DNA of 64,000 nucleotides from an uncultured bacterium (GTDB lineage Bacteria; Babelota; Babeliae; Babelales; Vermiphilaceae): NCBI GenBank assembly GCA_963698045.1, contig OY969115.1, positions 843,467 to 907,466 of the forward strand, read 5' to 3'. Shown piece by piece: positions 62,975 to 64,000 of this stretch (position 1 is its first letter; each line of letters starts with the position of its first letter). The notes under the pieces were generated by a model. It saw only the letters and a program-made list of their open reading frames with translations, ran no database searches and was not told where the DNA came from. The position numbers and the translations under genes were made by a program.

Positions 62975-64000
62975 TGAGTAGCATAAAAAAAGTGCTGACC
63001 ATTGGCAGCGCAATGCAAGATGTTTTTATACAGTATGAACATGCACCAACAATCTCTATGCACACTGGGAAACAACAACGAGAATACATAGTATTTCCCG
63101 AAGGCAAAAAAATAGAGATAGATAACGTGACTTATCACACTGGTGGTGGCGGTACAAACGCCGCCACCAGTTTTTCTAGAGCAGATTTTACCGTTACCTG
63201 CTTTGCCAAAGTAGGAACAGATGCCGCCGGTGAGTTTATTCTTAATTCACTTGCTGGCCGCGGCGTAGATACTTCTGAAATGCTGCAAACGCCCACCCAA
63301 CAAACAGGGTGTTCATTTATTTTGCCCAACCCTTCTGGCAACAGAACTGTCTTGGTGCACCGCGGAGCAAATCTAACATTGCAAGAAAGCGAACTACCCT
63401 ATGATCTGTTAACCCAAACGCCCATACTGTACATAACATCATTAAGTGGTCCCACTGCAAACTTATTACCCATAATTACCAAAGCCGCACGCCCCACCGC
63501 AGAACTTATTGCAGTAAACCCCGGGACCAGCCAATTAACTGCCAACGTAACGTCATTGATAACAGCATTACCCACTATTAACCTATTAATTATGAATACT
63601 CATGAAGCTGGCTTACTTATGCAGAGCCTTGCCCTAAAATCAAAAGAACAAAAAACATTTGGAACAGATAGCAAACTACCAGAATTACTAAGATCCCAAT
63701 CAACTGCAAACATCCCTTTTTCACTTCCCCATTTTTTTACTGAAATTCATAGCCGCGGACCGCGCATAGTAATAGTGACCAATGGAAAAGAAGGCGTATA
63801 TGCCTACAATGGCAGCGCAGTGTACTTTCAACCCAGCATAACTGCACCAGTAAAAAGCACACTAGGAGCTGGAGATGCCTTTGGATCTATCTGCACTACA
63901 TTCCTAGCCCGTGGTAGTTCATTAGAACAGGCACTACAAGCCGGGTCGGTAAGCAGTGCATCCGTATTACAACATGCTGACGCCACCACCGGATTATTAC
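62974..64000 (+). CDS. PfkB-family carbohydrate/nucleoside kinase, 3' end beyond the window
   Basis: Not in the ORF track because there is no stop in the window. ATG overlaps the lon TAA (TAATG). GGGGTNAA motif near the N-terminus and GAGDAFGS near the end. My hand translation found no stop through nt 64000. Confidence 0.75.
   Translation, partial: MSSIKKVLTIGSAMQDVFIQYEHAPTISMHTGKQQREYIVFPEGKKIEIDNVTYHTGGGGTNAATSFSRADFTVTCFAKVGTDAAGEFILNSLAGRGVDTSEMLQTPTQQTGCSFILPNPSGNRTVLVHRGANLTLQESELPYDLLTQTPILYITSLSGPTANLLPIITKAARPTAELIAVNPGTSQLTANVTSLITALPTINLLIMNTHEAGLLMQSLALKSKEQKTFGTDSKLPELLRSQSTANIPFSLPHFFTEIHSRGPRIVIVTNGKEGVYAYNGSAVYFQPSITAPVKSTLGAGDAFGSICTTFLARGSSLEQALQAGSVSSASVLQHADATTGLL

Overview
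AT-rich bacterial chromosome segment read with the standard genetic code. Recognisable housekeeping genes are alr, truB, tyrS, comM/yifB, acpS, initiator tRNA-fMet, a Nudix hydrolase, murJ, a lolD-like ABC ATPase, lon and a PfkB-type kinase. Between them lie large accessory blocks in which nearly every ORF starts with a Sec-type signal peptide and has no family I can name. Main blocks: (1) a type II secretion / pseudopilin operon (gspF-G-H-I-J-like) whose gspK-like gene is separated from the rest by about 7 kb. That insert holds a four-member family of small secreted proteins and two tandem signal-peptide WD40 propeller genes, and it carries a thrice-repeated ~300-bp intergenic unit. (2) A ~16-kb locus of three paralogous giant secreted proteins (877, ~1279 and ~1252 aa) interleaved with small secreted genes. 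It has been reshaped by recent segmental duplication, leaving a chimeric deletion remnant and several vestigial 3' gene ends. (3) An array of four paralogous signal-peptide LRR proteins with a Cys4 knuckle, interrupted by a secreted NADAR-domain protein. (4) An inverted-repeat-flanked HigBA-like toxin-antitoxin cassette with an N-terminally truncated toxin, dispersed GC-rich palindromic elements, and a 202-bp tandem repeat directly after tRNA-fMet, next to a GIY-YIG gene. The mix of eukaryote-like repeat proteins (WD40, LRR), secreted orphan families and few metabolic genes suggests a host-associated or intracellular lifestyle; that is inference only. No CRISPR array, rRNA or intact transposase was seen.
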